NCBI RefSeq assembly: GCF_963921235.1
Contig: NC_086101.1
Span: 10,170,001-10,234,000, forward strand
DNA length: 64,000 nt
Origin: Mobula hypostoma
Taxonomy: Eukaryota
Direction: 5' to 3'
Made by a program: the position numbers and the translations under genes. The first letter of the stretch is position 1, and each line of letters begins with the position of its first letter. The notes beneath the pieces are model-generated. The model saw nothing but the letters and a program-made list of their open reading frames with translations, ran no database searches and was not told the DNA's origin. Positions 1-13,300 of the stretch are shown here, piece after piece.

Positions 1-183
1 AAAATCTTTGAAGAAAGTGTCAACAACCTGCCGAAAATCATAACATCGAGTGTCCATTTAATAACACCCTCGGTCACCATAGCAACTTATGAGCTGCTCG
101 GTGCTATTTCCACTTAAGCAGAAATCCAACAGTTAACCAGTTCTTTCTCGTTCCTTAAAGTGACAGTCCAACCGTTAGTCTTC

Positions 184-226
<43 letters not shown>

Positions 227-299
227 ACAAGCTGGTGTTAAATAGCTCTCTCTCTTTTCAAAAGCACAGTTAATTGGGGTAATTCAGGGTCCCGTCACA
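1..299 (-). mobile_element. Probable LTR end (reads TGTGACGGG.. on minus) with an internal (TC)n microsatellite at about 186-221
   Basis: Ends ..cccgtcaca abutting CR1 coding sequence. The other end is outside the window. Confidence 0.45.
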
Positions 300-2575
300 G
301 TGAGCATCTGGGGGACAGTGACCACGGCGCCCTGGCCTTTAGCATTATCATGGAAAATGATAGAATCAGAGAGGACAGGAAAATTTTTAATTGGGTAAGG
401 GCAAATTATGAGGCTATAAGGCTAGAAATTGCGGGTGTGAATTGGGATGATGTTTTTGCAGGGAAATATACTACGGACATGTGGTCGATGTTTAAGGATC
501 TCTTGCACAATGTTAAAGATTAATTTGTCCGGTGAGGAAGATATAGAATGGTAGGGTGAATGAACTATGGGTGACAAATGAGGTGGAAAATCTAGTCAGG
601 TGGAAGATGGCAGCATACATGAGGTTTTGGAAGCAAGGATCAGATGGGTCTATTGAGGAATATAGGGAAGCAAGAAAGGAGCTTAAGAAGGGGCTGAGAA
701 GAGCAAGAGAGGGCATGAGAAGGGCTTGGCGAGTAGGGTAAAGGAAAACCCCAAGGCATTCTTCAATTATGTGAAGAACAAAAGGATGGCAGGAGTGAAG
801 GTAGGACCGATTAGAGATAAAGCTGGAAAGATGTTCCTGGAGGCTGTGGAAGTGAGTGAGGTTCTAAATGAATACTTCTCTTCGGTATTCACCAATGAGA
901 GGGAACTTGATGATGGTGAGGACAATATGAGTGAGGTTGATGTTCTGGAGCATGTTGATATTAAGGGAGAGGAGGTGTTGGAGTTGTTAAAATATATTAG
1001 GACAGATAGGTCCCTGGGGCCTGATGGAATATTCCTCAGGCTGCTCCACGAGGCAAGGGAAGAGATTGCTGAACCTCCCCTTGCCTCGTGGAGCAGCCTG
1101 GGGAACATTCCCGTGGACAACGAGGACATAAAGATCCTAACCAATGTTACCAGAGGATTGGAGGGAGGTGAATATTGTCCCCTTCTTCAAAAAAGATAGT
1201 AGGGATAGTCCGGGTAATTATAGACCAGTGAACCTTATATTTCTGGTGGGAAAGCTGTTGGAAAAGAGTCTTAGAGATGGGATCTATGGGCATTTAGAGA
1301 ATTATGGTCTGATCAGGGACAGTTAGCATGGCTTTGTGAAGGGCAGATCATGTCTAACAAGCCTGATAGAGTTCTTTGAGGAGGTGACCAGGCACATAGG
1401 TGAGGGTAGTGCAGTGGATGTGATCTATATGGATTTTAGTAAGGCATTTGACAAGGTTCCACACGGTAGGCTTATTCAGAAAGTCAGAAGGCATGGGATC
1501 CAGGGAAGTTTGGCCAGGTGGATTCAGAATTGGCTTGCCTGCAGAAGGCAGAGTGTCATGGTGGAGGGAGTACATTCGGATTAGAGGGTTGTGACTAGTG
1601 GTGTCCCACAAGGATCTGTTCTGGGAGCTCCACTTTTCGTGATTTTTATTAACGACCTGGATGTGGGGATAGAAGGGTGGGTTGGCAAGTTTGAAGATGA
1701 CACAAAGATTGGTGGTGTTGTGGATAGCGTAGAGGATTGTTGAGGATTGCAGAGAGACATTGATAGGATGCAGAAGTGGGCTGAGAAGTGGCAGATGGAG
1801 TTCAACCCGGGTGGTACACTTTGAAAGGACAAACTCCAAGACAGAATACAAAGTAAATGGCAGGATACTTGGTAGTGTGGAGGAGCACAGGTTATCTGGG
1901 GTTACATGTCCACAGATCCGTGAAAGTTGCCTCACAGGTGGATAGGGTAGTTAAGAAAGCTTATGGGGTGTTAGCTTTCATAAGTCGAGGGATAGAGTTT
2001 AAGAGTCGCAATGTAATGATGCAGCTCTGTAAATCTCTGGTTAGGCCATACTTGGAGTACTGTGTCCAGTTCTGGTCGCCTCACTATAGGAAGGATGTGG
2101 AAGCATTGGAAAAAAGGGTACAGTGGAGATTTACCAAGATGCTGCCTGGTTTAGAGATTATGCATTATGATCAGAGATTAAGGGAGCTAGGGCTTTACTC
2201 TTTGGAGAGAAGGAGGATGAGAGGAGACATGACAGAGGTGTACAAGATAATATGAGGAATAGATAGAGTGGACAGCCAGCACCTCTTCCCCAGGGCACCA
2301 CTGCTCAGTACAAGAGAACATGACTTTAAGGTATGGGGTGGGAAGTTCAAGGGGAATATTAGAGGAAGGTTTTTTACTCAGAGAGTAGTTGGTGCGTGGA
2401 ATGCACTGCCTGAGTCAGTGGTGGAGGCAGCTACTCTAGTGAAATTTAAGAGACTACTAGACAGGTATATGGAGGAATTTAAGGTGGGGGGTTATATGGG
2501 AGGCAGGTTTTAAGGGTCGGCACAACATTGTGGGCCAAAGGGCCTGTACTGTGCTGTACTGTTCTATGTTCTATG
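300..2575 (+). mobile_element. CR1 LINE, decayed ORF2 (end of endonuclease through RT) and 3' tail
   Basis: KENPKAF, GPDG, HGFVKGRSCLTSL, DFSKAFDKVPH, LEYCVQFWSP motifs with frameshifts. TTCTATG tail. Confidence 0.93.
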
Positions 2576-2589
2576 AGGCTTTTCATTTC

Positions 2590-5500
2590 AGAACAACTGA
2601 ACCTGGTCAGGTGTCAGATCTGTCAGTGCGACAGTATTTTGGAGATAATGATCACAATTCTATCTTGTTTACCATAGATTTAGAGAGGGATAGGAATAGA
2701 CAAGTTAGGAAAACCTTTAACTGAGATAATGAGAAATATGACGGTATCAGGCAGGAACTTGGAAGCATAAATTGGAAACAGGTGTTCTCAGGGAAATTTA
2801 CAGAAGAAATGTGGCAAAAGTTTAGGGGTTATTTGCATGGAGTTTTGCATTCGTACGTTCCAATGAGACAGGGAAAGGATGGTAAGGTACAGGAACTGTG
2901 GTGCACAAAGGCTGCTATAAATCTAGTCAAGAAGGAAAGAAGAGCTTACGAAAGGTTCAAAAAACCCAGTAATGAGTGAAATCTGCAAGATTATAAGGCT
3001 AGCAGGAAGGAGCTTAAGAATGAAATTAGGAGAGCCAGAAGGGGCCATGAGAAGGCCTTGGCGGGCAGGATTAAGGAAAACCCCAAGGCATTCTACAAGT
3101 TTGTGAAGAGCAAGAGGATAAGATGTGAGAGAATAGGACCAATCAAATGTGACAGTGGAAAAGTGTGTTTGGAACTAGAGGAGATAGTGGAGGTACTTAA
3201 TGAATGCTTTGCTTCAGTATTCAGTACGGAAAGCGATCTGGGCAACTGTAGGGATGACTTACAGGGGACTTTAGAGCTTGAGCATGTGATAATAAGAAAG
3301 AGGATATGCTGGAGCATTTGGAAAGCATCAAGTTGGATAAGTCACTGGGACCTGACGAGATGTACCCCAGGCTACTGTGGGAAGTGAGGGTGGAGATTGC
3401 TGAGCCTCTGGTGATGATCTTTGCATCATCAATGGAGATGGGAGAGGTTCCGGACGATTGGAGAGTTACCGACGTTGTTCCCTTATTCAAGAAAGGGAGT
3501 AGAGGTAGCCTAGGAAATTATACACTAGTGAGTCTTACTTCAGTGGTTGGTAAGTTGATGGAGAAGATCCTGAGATGCAGGATTTATGAACATTTGGAGA
3601 GGCATAATATGATTAGGAATGGTCAGTGTGGCTTTGTGAAAGGCAGGTCATGCCTTACGAGCCTGATTGGATTTTTTGAGGATGTGACTAAACACATTGA
3701 AGAGAGGTTAAAAAGAGAGCAGATTGAGAGGGGGAAGGTCATTTCTTCGGCAGTTTGAATGGGGCATGACTGCGCAAGCACGTGAAGGTCGGCCTGTGAA
3801 AACAGCAGGAGAATTTAAAAAGCGAGCAGATTAACGAAGCGGGCGTCGTAGGAGCAGGTGACGAGTAGTGGAGACAGAGTAGGAAGGTTTTGACTCAGGA
3901 GGCTGAGGACGAGCTTGATCCCAGTGAGGTAAGGCCGGGTAAGCTCCGTTAATTCATCTAATTAATTTAGGAGTAGGTAATGGAGGCAGCAGTTAGGGCA
4001 GTCAAGTGCTCCGTTTGCAGTACGTGGGAAGTCAGGGCGAGCACGAATGTCCCTGATGACTACACCTGTAAAAGGTCATGCGAGAACTGTGAGTCTAGGC
4101 AGAAATCAAAGGTTTGTACGAGATAGAAATGTTCTCAGTTGCATTTATTTCAATGCAAGGTGTATTGTAGGATAGGCAGATGAGCTCAGGGCGTGGATTA
4201 ACACGTGGGATTACGACATTGTTGCTATTACTGAGACTTGTTTGCAGGAAGGGCAGGACTGGCAGCTTAATGTTCTGGGGTTCTGTTGTTTCAGACGTGA
4301 CAGAGGGGGAGGGATGAAAGGTGGAGGAGTGGCATTACTAGTCAGAGAGAATGTCACAGCTGTGCGTAGACAGGACAGCCCGGAGGGCTCATCTACAGAG
4401 GCCATATGGGTGGAGCTGAGGAACGGGAGAGATGTGACCACACTAACAGGGTTGTATTATAGACCGCCCAATAGTCAGAGAGAATTGGAGGAGCAAATCT
4501 GTAGAGAGATAGCAGACCGATGTAAAAAACAGAAAGTTGTCATAGTAGGGGATTTTAACTTTCCACATATTGACTGGGAATCCGACACTGTGAAAGGGCT
4601 GGAAAGCTTGGAGTTTGTCAAATGTGTTCAGGAAAGTTTTCTAAATCAATATATAGAGGTACCAATGAGAGAGGATGCAACACTTGATCTCCTATTAGGG
4701 AACCAGACAGGTCAGGTGTCAGAAGTTTGTGTCGGCAAACATTTTGGGTCCAGTGACCATAATATCATTAGTTCAAAGTTAATTATGGATAAAGGTAGAT
4801 CTGGTCCTCGAGATGAGGTTCTAAATTGGAGAAAAGATTTTGTGGAGATGAGAAAGGATCTAGGAAGAGTGGATTGGGATAAGTTGTTTCTGGCAAGGAT
4901 GTCTTCAGTAAATGGAAGGCCTTCAAAGGCAAAATTTTGAGAGTACAGAGTTTGCATGTTCCTACCAGGATTAAAGGCAAAGTTAACAGGCTTTGGATGT
5001 AGTGTATATGGATTTTTGCAAGGCATTTGATAAAGTACCCCATGCAAGGCTTCTTGAGAAAGTAAAGAGGCATGGGATCCAAGGAGACATTCCTTTGTGG
5101 ATCTAGAACTGGCTTGCCCACAGAGGGCACAGAGTGGCTGTAGACGGGTCATATTCTGCATGGAGGCTGGTGACCAGTGGTGTGCCTCGGGGATCTTTTC
5201 TAGGACCCCTACTCTTTGTAATTTTTATAAATGACCTAGATGAGGAAATAGAGGGATGGGTTAGTAAATTTACTGATGGCACAAAGGTTGGGGGTGTTGT
5301 GGATAGTGTGGAGGGCTGTCAGAGGTTACAGCGGGACAATGATAGGATGCAAAACTGGGCTAAGTGGCAGATGGAGTTTAACCCAGATAAGTGTGAGGTG
5401 GTTCATTTTGGTAGGTCAAATATGATGGCAGAATATAGTATTAAAAGTAAGACTCCTGGCAGTGTGGAGGATCAGAGGGATCTTGGGGTCCAACTCCATA

Positions 5501-6180
5501 GGACACTCAAAGCTGCTACTCAGCTTGACTCTGTGGTTAAGAAGGAACATGGTGCATTGGCCATCATCAATCAAGGGATTGAGTTTAAGAGCCGAGAGGT
5601 AATTTTGCAGCTATTAGGACCCTGGTCAGAACCCACTTGGAGTACTGTGCTAACTTCTGGTCGCTTCGCTACAGAAAGGCTGTGGAAACCATAGAAAAGG
5701 TGCAGAGGAGATTTACAAGGATGTTCTGTGGATTGGGGAGCATGCCTTATGAGAATAGGTTGAGTGAACTTGGCCTATTCTCCTAGGAGCGACGGAGGAT
5801 GAGAGGTGACCTGATAGAGGTGTACAAGATGATGAAAGGCATTGATCGTGTGGATAGTCAGAGGCTTTTTCCCAGGGGTGAAATGGCTAGCACGAGAGGA
5901 CACAGTTTTAAGATGCTTGGAAGTAGGTACAGAGGAGATGTCAGGGGTAAGTTTTTTATGCAGAGAGTGGTGAGTGCGTGGAATGGGCTGCTGGCGACGG
6001 TGGTGGAGGCTGATACGATAAGGTCTTTTAAGAGACTTCTGGATAGATACATGGAGCTTAGAAAAATAGAGGGCTATAGGTAACCCTAGGTAATTTCTAA
6101 GGTAAGGACATGTTCAGCACAGCTTTGTGGGCTGAAGGGTACGTATTGTGCTGTAGATTTTCCATGTTTCAATGTTTCTT
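2590..6180 (+). mobile_element. CR1 LINE ORF2 and 3' tail, interrupted at about 3700-4994 by another CR1 piece
   Basis: RT reading KHI.. stops near 3700 and resumes DVVYMDF near 4996, continuing to FFMQRVVSAWN and the tail. Confidence 0.88.
3700..4994 (+). mobile_element. CR1 5' portion: 5'UTR, ORF1 Cys-rich start and AP endonuclease
   Basis: MEAAVRAVKCSVCSTWEV..DDYTC from 3980. RRDR..GGGVALLV, YYRPP, VGDFN and GSSDHN APE motifs. Confidence 0.85.
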
Positions 6181-6184
6181 AACA

Positions 6185-6535
6185 AAGGAGAGTTCCTTCT
6201 TCTTAAAAGAACTAGGCTTTTCTTCCTCACCATCAATGCTGCCATCAACCGCATCTCTTCATTTCATACACATCTGCTGTCACCCCATCCTCCTGCCACC
6301 CTACCAGGGATTGGGTTCCTCTTGTCCTCACCTACCACCCCACCAGCCTCCGCATCCAGCATATAATTCTCTATATCTTCCACTATCTGCAACGAGATCC
6401 CACCACCAAACATATCTTTCCCTAACCACCCCGCCCCCCAATTTCTGCTCTCCACAGGGATCCCTTATCGATTACAAGACTCCCTTATGCATTTGTCCCT
6501 CCCTGCTGATCTCTCTCCTGCCACTTATCCTTGAT
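6185..6535 (+). mobile_element. Penelope-like element fragment
   Basis: VPLVLTYHP..QRDPTTKHIFP, homologous to 25600-25800. Confidence 0.75.
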
Positions 6536-8219
6536 ACATAAGGGTGACCAGAATTACACTCAGAACTCCAAATTAGGCCCTAGCAACATCTTGAACAATT
6601 TAAACATAACTTCCCAACTCCTGTGTTCAATACTTGGATATTTGTTTTTGCCGTATATCTTCTGCCTGGCATGCCATTGCCCATTCACTTAGCCTGTCCG
6701 TATCCCCAAAGAAGACCCCAGCATCCTCCTCATAGCCGACACTGCCCACAGATTAGGATCATAAGTAAACCTGAATATATTACAGATGTATAAATAAATA
6801 AAATAAAAATGCCCTCATCAAAACTGTTGATACAGATTGTGAACAAGTAGGGTCCCAGCACTGATTACCGCAGAGACTGCTGTGTTAAATATAATAAATT
6901 TTATAATTATGTTAACAGTGATCCGATCCAACAAGGAAAAGGCCAAGTGACATTAAGCTGTCAATCAAAGAGACCAAGCTGAGAGGAGTTGCAGATAAAA
7001 GTTTGGGGTAGCCATTAATTGGAGCTTTTGAAGTCAAAGTCAAAGTCAATGTAAACATATCACAGTATCACCGTATGTATATGTTGTCCTATACTACTCT
7101 GAGATTCATTGTCCTGCAGGCAAATGAAGAAATGTAAAAGAAGTTATGAAAAACTATAAATAACTAAGACTGACAAGCAGCCAATCTGCAAAATAAGATA
7201 AATAGTACATATAATGATAAAAGTAAATAAATACTACTGAGAACATGTGTTGCAGAGTCCTTGAAAGTGAGTCTATATGTTGTGGGATCAGGTTAGTATT
7301 GATACGTTATCCACCCTGGTTCAGGAGTCTGATGGTTGCAGGACAATAACTGTTTCAGAACCCGATCATGTGGAACTAAGGCTCCTGTACCTCCGCTTGA
7401 TGGTAGTAGAGAGAAGAGAGCAGAGCCTGGATAGTGCTGGTCCTGGATGATGGATACTGCTTTTTTCTTGCAGGAGCACTCCATGTAAATGTGCCTACTG
7501 GGGCAGGAGTAGGCCATTCAGCCCTTTGAGCCAGCACCGCCATTCGCTGTGATCATGGCTGATCATCCACAGTCAGGATGGCTATGACTGTGATGAACTG
7601 AGCTGATCCACTACTTTTTGTAGACTTCCCCGTTCATTATTGCATCTGTGTTTCCATACTAAATATTTCAACCAACTGTTTACAATGAAAAACCCAGTCC
7701 AAAGTTCAATGTTCAAAGTAAATTTAATACTACATACAACCCTGAGATTCATTTTCTTGTGAACATTCATAGTAAATACAAAGAAACACAATAGAAATGA
7801 TGAAATTCTGCACAAAAATACAACAACAAATGTACCAAAAGCAGCAAACTCTGCAAATACAAAAAGAAAGAAAAAAACAAATATAATAATAATAAATATA
7901 TAATCAATAATATTGAAAACTTGAGATGAAGAAGCTTTGAAAGTGAGTCAAAACTGTGGAACAGTTCAGTGTTGAGGTGAGTGAGGTTGAGTGAAGTTAT
8001 CCCCTCTGGTTCCTGAGCCCAGTCAAGTTCATCTTCGAAGGTGTCAGCAATCATTCTCAAAATAAACCTTACCACTCTTTGGCCCTCCACTGTTAAAGCC
8101 AACCCAGTATTGGACTGTAGACAAAAAGAATTCACATAGAATATAGGATTTACATTCAGAACAGACTTTATCACAAGCTGATGTTAACAGGGGAACCACT
8201 TGTTTCAGAATGAATCCAA

Positions 8220-8705
8220 GGACGAGAGAGTTTCCGGATGGTTGCGAATGTTGTTCCTTTATTCAAGAAAGGGAGCAGAGATAGCCCAGGAAATTATAGA
8301 ACAGTGCGTCTTACGTCAGTGGTTGGTTAGCTGATGGAGAAGATCCTGAGAGGCAGGATTTATGAACATTTGCAGAGGTATAATATGATTAGGAATAGTC
8401 AGCATGGCTTTGTCAAGGGCAGTCCGTGCCTTACGAGCCTGATTGAATTTTTTGAGGATGTGACTAAACACATTGATGAAGGAAGAACAGTAGATGTAGT
8501 GTATATGGATTTCAGCAAGGCATTTGATAAGGTACCCCATGCTAGGCTTATTGAGAAAGTAAAGAGGCATGGGATCCAAGGGGACATTGCTTTGTGGATC
8601 CAGAACTGGCTTGCCCACAGAAAGCAAAGAGTCGTTGCAGATGGGTCATATCCTATATGGAGGTTGGTGATCAGTGGTGTGCCTCAGGGATCTGTTCTCG
8701 GACCC
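8220..8705 (+). mobile_element. CR1 RT fragment
   Basis: [30 protein letters not shown]. Confidence 0.9.
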
Positions 8706-9145
8706 TCCATAGATGTTGCCTGAATTGCTGAATTCCTCCAGAAATTTGTGGTTGTGTATCTCGACCTTTCATCTTTCTTCACAAACATGAGAAAGTCTGC
8801 AAATGCTGGAAATCCAAAGCAACACACACAAAATTCTGGAGGAGCTCAGCAGGCCGGGTAGCATCTATGGAAATGAATAATCAGCCGATGTTTTGGACCG
8901 AGACCCTTCTTCAGGACTGAGAAGGAAGGGGGAAGATGCCAGAATATAAAGGCGGGGGGAGCTGAGAGACGCTAGCTGGAAGGTGATAGGGGAAGTCAGG
9001 CAGTTGGGAAAGGTCAAGGGCTGGAGACGAAAGAATCTGACAGGAGAGGAGAGTGGACCATAGGAAAAAAAGAAAGAGGGGACCCAGGGGAAGTAATCGC
9101 AGGTGAGAAGAGGTACAAGGTCAGAGTGTCAGAGTGGGGAGTGCT
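8706..9145 (-). mobile_element. Penelope-type terminal (pLTR) sequence with a partial inverted copy
   Basis: About 8706-8750 is inverted relative to about 8822-8871. Hammerhead-like motif at 8883-8918 on minus. Confidence 0.7.
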
Positions 9146-9154
9146 GAGTGGAAG

Positions 9155-9400
9155 GTAGCTTAGTGATCAGTGTAATGCTTTGCAGTGCCGGCTATAAAAT
9201 CAGGGTTCAATTCCCATCGCTGTCTGTAAGGAGTTTGTATGTTATCTCTGTGACTGAGTAAATTTTCTCCAGATGCCCTGGTCTTCTCCCACGTTCCAAA
9301 GACATATGGGTTAGGGTTACATCTTAAGTCTTAGCTCTACTGGGACTGTGTTGGTTGTTGACACAAGCGCCACATTTCGCTGTATGTTTTGATGTTTCAA
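9155..9400 (+). mobile_element. tRNA-derived V-type/HE1-like SINE (other copies at about 16545-16830 and 28075-28310)
   Basis: A/B-box-like head (ggtagcttagtg..ggttcaattcc) followed by a ggagtttgtatgtt..tgtgactg V-domain-like core. Confidence 0.6.
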
Positions 9401-9404
9401 TGTA

Positions 9405-9927
9405 CACTCTGTCGCCACTTTATTTTGTACAGGAATAGAAGCCAGTCTGGTCTTCTGTTGCAGGAGCCATTCCATTTCAAGGTTCAACGTGTTGTGCATT
9501 CAGAGATACTCCTCCGCTCACAGCTGTTGTAATGAATGGTCAATTGAGTTACTGTCGCCTTCCTGTCAGCTTGAACCAGTCTGGTTATTCTCCTCTGACC
9601 TCTCTCATTAACCAACGCTCACTGGATTTTTTTTTTGTTTTTTTTGCACCTTTCTCTGTAAACTCTAGAGATTATTGTGCATGAAAATCTGAAGGGATCA
9701 GCAATTAGTAAGGAACTCAAACCATCCCGCCTGGCACCACAATGATTCCATGGTCAGTCACTGTGATCACATTTATTCCATATTCTGACATGTGGTCTGA
9801 ACAATTGAACCTCTTGGCCATGTCTGCATGCATTTATGCATTGAATTGGTGTCACGGGATTGGCTGATTAGATATTTGCGTAAATGAGCAGGTATACAGG
9901 TGTACCTAATAATGTGGCCGCTGAAGG
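9405..9927. mobile_element. Tc1/mariner-like non-autonomous element
   Basis: Degenerate TIRs cactctgtcgccactttattttgtaca / tgtacctaataatgtggccgctgaagg with TA flanks. Homologous to 24252-24767. Confidence 0.7.
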
Positions 9928-10316
9928 TATATGCGACAAAACTATTTTGTGAATCTTTGCTGTTTCCTAGCCTTTAGCACTTCCCCTCTGATATCACTGT
10001 TGCACATCTCTTCCCCTTGATAAAAAATAATACCTTTTGTTTCCAGCAAACGTACTGTAATAGAAAGTGAATGGCAATGGATTTGTAAAGTTAGAAAAGC
10101 AAAAGCAAAATTAACACAGACAAAATTTGGAATGTTTGTGAATATTATTGAGCAAGGTTTCTAAAGGAGGTTGTCCTTCAATTAAACATTGCACAAGATA
10201 AAATAATGGTAATATCTGTCTGTTAATAATGTATACAAAATATAATGATTCATATTCAAAAACCATGCAATTTTTCTTTTATTAGGGGATGGTTGTTTTC
10301 CATACATCTCACAAAC

Positions 10317-10374
10317 ATGGAAAAACTATATCTCGCTGTGTGTTTACTTCCTGGGATTCTCTATTCTGCACATG
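10317..10374 (+). CDS. BTN-like coding exon 1, signal peptide MEKLYLAVCLLPGILYSAHG
   Basis: aacATGg Kozak context, short hydrophobic peptide, G|GTAAGC donor in phase 1 matching the IgV exon. Upstream acceptor tttttcttttattag ends at 10285. Confidence 0.85.
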
Positions 10375-13300
10375 GTAAGCAACTCTGGCATTCATTTATT
10401 ATACAATATTAGTGGACAGTGTTTCAAAGTCTAACGGATAATTGAGTCATTGGGTTATAGAGCCACTGCAGCATAGAAACGGATCCTTCAACCCATCTAA
10501 TCTCTGCCAAATCGTTATGCTGCCTAGTCCCATTGACTGCACGCAGAGCAAAGCCCTCTACAACCCTCCCATCCATGTATGTATCCAAATCATAAAAAAA
10601 ATTACAATCCAACCTGTAGCCACCACTTCTGCTGGTAGTTCATTCCACACTCACGCCACCTTATGAGTGAAGAAGTAGTTTCTACTTTAATATTTCACCT
10701 TTCACCCTTAACCTATGACATCTAATTCTAGCCTCACTGCACCTCAGTGGAAAAAGCCAGCTTGCATTTATCCTCTGTATGCCTCGCAATTTTGTATGAC
10801 CCTGTCAATTCTCCCCTCATTCTCATACGCTCCATGAAAATAAGTTCTAACCTATTCATTCTATCTCTTTAACTCATGTCCCTGAGTCCTGACAATATCT
10901 CTGTAAAAGTTCCTCTGTAGTCATTCAGTCTTTTTGATATCTATGACCAGAACTACACACAATAATTTTGCATCACCAACGTCTTATACAACTTCAACAT
11001 AACACACTAACTCCTTTACTCAATACTCTCTGTTTTAAGAACCTATCATGCCCTCTTCTTGCTGCTGCCATCAGGTAGGGTACAAGAGCCTCAGGACTCA
11101 CACCACCAGGTTCAAGAACAATTACCACCCCTCAACCGTCGGGGTCTTGACTAAAAGGGAATAACTGCACTCAACTTCACTTGCCCCATAATTGAAATGA
11201 ACCCACAACCAGTGATCTCACTTTCAAGGACTTTTTATCCCATTATATCATGTTCTCAAAGTTCAAAGTAAAATTTATTGTCAGAGTACCTGCGGCCCTG
11301 AGATTCATTTATTTATTCTATTTATTTGTATTTGCAGTTGCAGTTTGTTATCTTCTGCACTCTGGTTGATTTTTCATTGATCCTGTTATGGAATCAGAAT
11401 GAGATTATCACTGGCATAGGTCGAGAAATTTGTAAGCTTGGCGGCAGCAGTGCAATGCAATACCAGGTGCATCGAGAGACCGTCGATGACCTTCAGCTTG
11501 ATAGGGAAAGTGAAGCAGTGATAGACAGAAGCTACAGGGAGGAGGTCACTGCAAGGCTAAAGGAGACCGATAAATGGATGACTGTCAGGAGGAGGAAGGG
11601 AGAACCTCAGATAGTGGAGAGCCATACCCCTCAAAAATAAGAACTCCATCTTGAGTACTGTTTGGGGGGGGGGGTGGGAACCTACCTGGGGGAAGCAACA
11701 GTGACCGTGCCTCTAGCATAGATTCTGGCCCCTGTGGCTCAGAAAGATAGGGAACCAAAGAGAATGGCAGCAGTAATAGCAGACTCAATAGTCAGGGGGA
11801 CAGAGAGGTAATTCTGTGGATGGGAAGAGGACATTCGGATGGTAGGTTGCCTGCCAGGTGCCAGGATCTGCCATGTTTCTGCCATGTCCACAGTATCCTG
11901 AAAAGGGAGGTTGAGCTGCCAGAGGTCCTGGTACTTATTGGTACGAATGATATTAGTAGAAAAAGGAAGGAGGTCCTGAAAAAAGAATACAGGGAGTTCG
12001 GAAGGAAACTGAGAAGCAGGACCTCAAAGGTAGTAATCTCGGGATTGCTGACTGTGCCATGCAACAGTGAGGATAGGAATAGAATGAGGTGGAGGATAAA
12101 TGCGTGGGACTTGAACAAAAGGATGGGTTGCACTTGAATTCAAGGGGAACCAATATTCTTGCAAGCCAATTTACTACAGCTGTTGGGAGTGGTTTAATCT
12201 AATATGGCAGGGGGATGGGAACTAGTCTGTTACAGCAGAAGCTGAGCCAGAAGATTCACTAGTAAATGATGGATAGAAGGAAGGACAAGCCAATGAGTGG
12301 GTAGAAATGCAGAGCAAAGAGGTAAGTTGTACTGCAGAGGCAAAATTCAAAAGGGCGAAGAATAGAGGACATTAAAGTGCTATATTCAAATGCACATAGC
12401 TTTTGGAATAAGGTGGATGAACTCACGGCACAATTAGATGGTCGGTGTGATGTTGTGGGCATCACTGAGCTGTGGCTGAAACAGGGCCATAGTTTGGAGC
12501 TAAACATCAAAGGATATACTTTGTATGGAAATAGCAGGGAGGAAGGCAAAGACAGTGGTGTAGCTCTACTGGTACATCTTTAGAAAGGGGTGATATAGGG
12601 TCAGAGAATGTTGAATTTTAGTGGTGGGGATAAGGAACTGCAAGGGTAAGAAAAAAACATTATGGGAATCATATAGTATATAGGCCTCCAAATAGTAGCC
12701 AAGATGTGGGGTTGAGATTAGAAAGGGAGCTGGAAAAGGCATGTAATGGGGGTAATGACACAATTGTAATCAGGGACTTCAATATGCAAGGGGATTGGGA
12801 AAATGAGGTTGGTGTTGGATCACAAGAAAGGGAATTTATTGAATGCCAGTGAGATGGCTTTTTAGAGCAGCTTATGCTCAAGCCTACTGGGGAAAGGCTA
12901 CCTTCGACTGGGTGCAGTGCAATAACCCAGATGTTATTAGTCAGCTGCATGTAAACGAAAGTTTGGAGGCAGTGATCATAATATGGTCGAATTTATACTG
13001 AATTTAAGAAGGAGAAGCATATCTCACACATATAAAGGGAATTACAGAGGCATGAGAGAGGTGCTTGCCCAGGTGGATTGGAGGAGGATACTGGCGAGGA
13101 TGACAGCAGGGCAGAGATAGCTGAAGTTTCTGCGAATGGTTGACAAGGTGCAGGACAGGCATGTCCCACTGAGGAAGAAGTTCTTAAATGGCAGGATAGG
13201 CAACCGTGGCTGACAAAGGAAGTTAAGGACTGCACAAAAGACAAGGAAAGGGTGTACAAGGTGGCAAAAGTGAGTGGGAAGTTGGATGATTGGGAAGCTT

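Noticed and set aside
767..1935. Minus-strand Ser/Leu-rich ORFs (and many similar across the window)
   Set aside because: Antisense shadows of CR1 ORF2.
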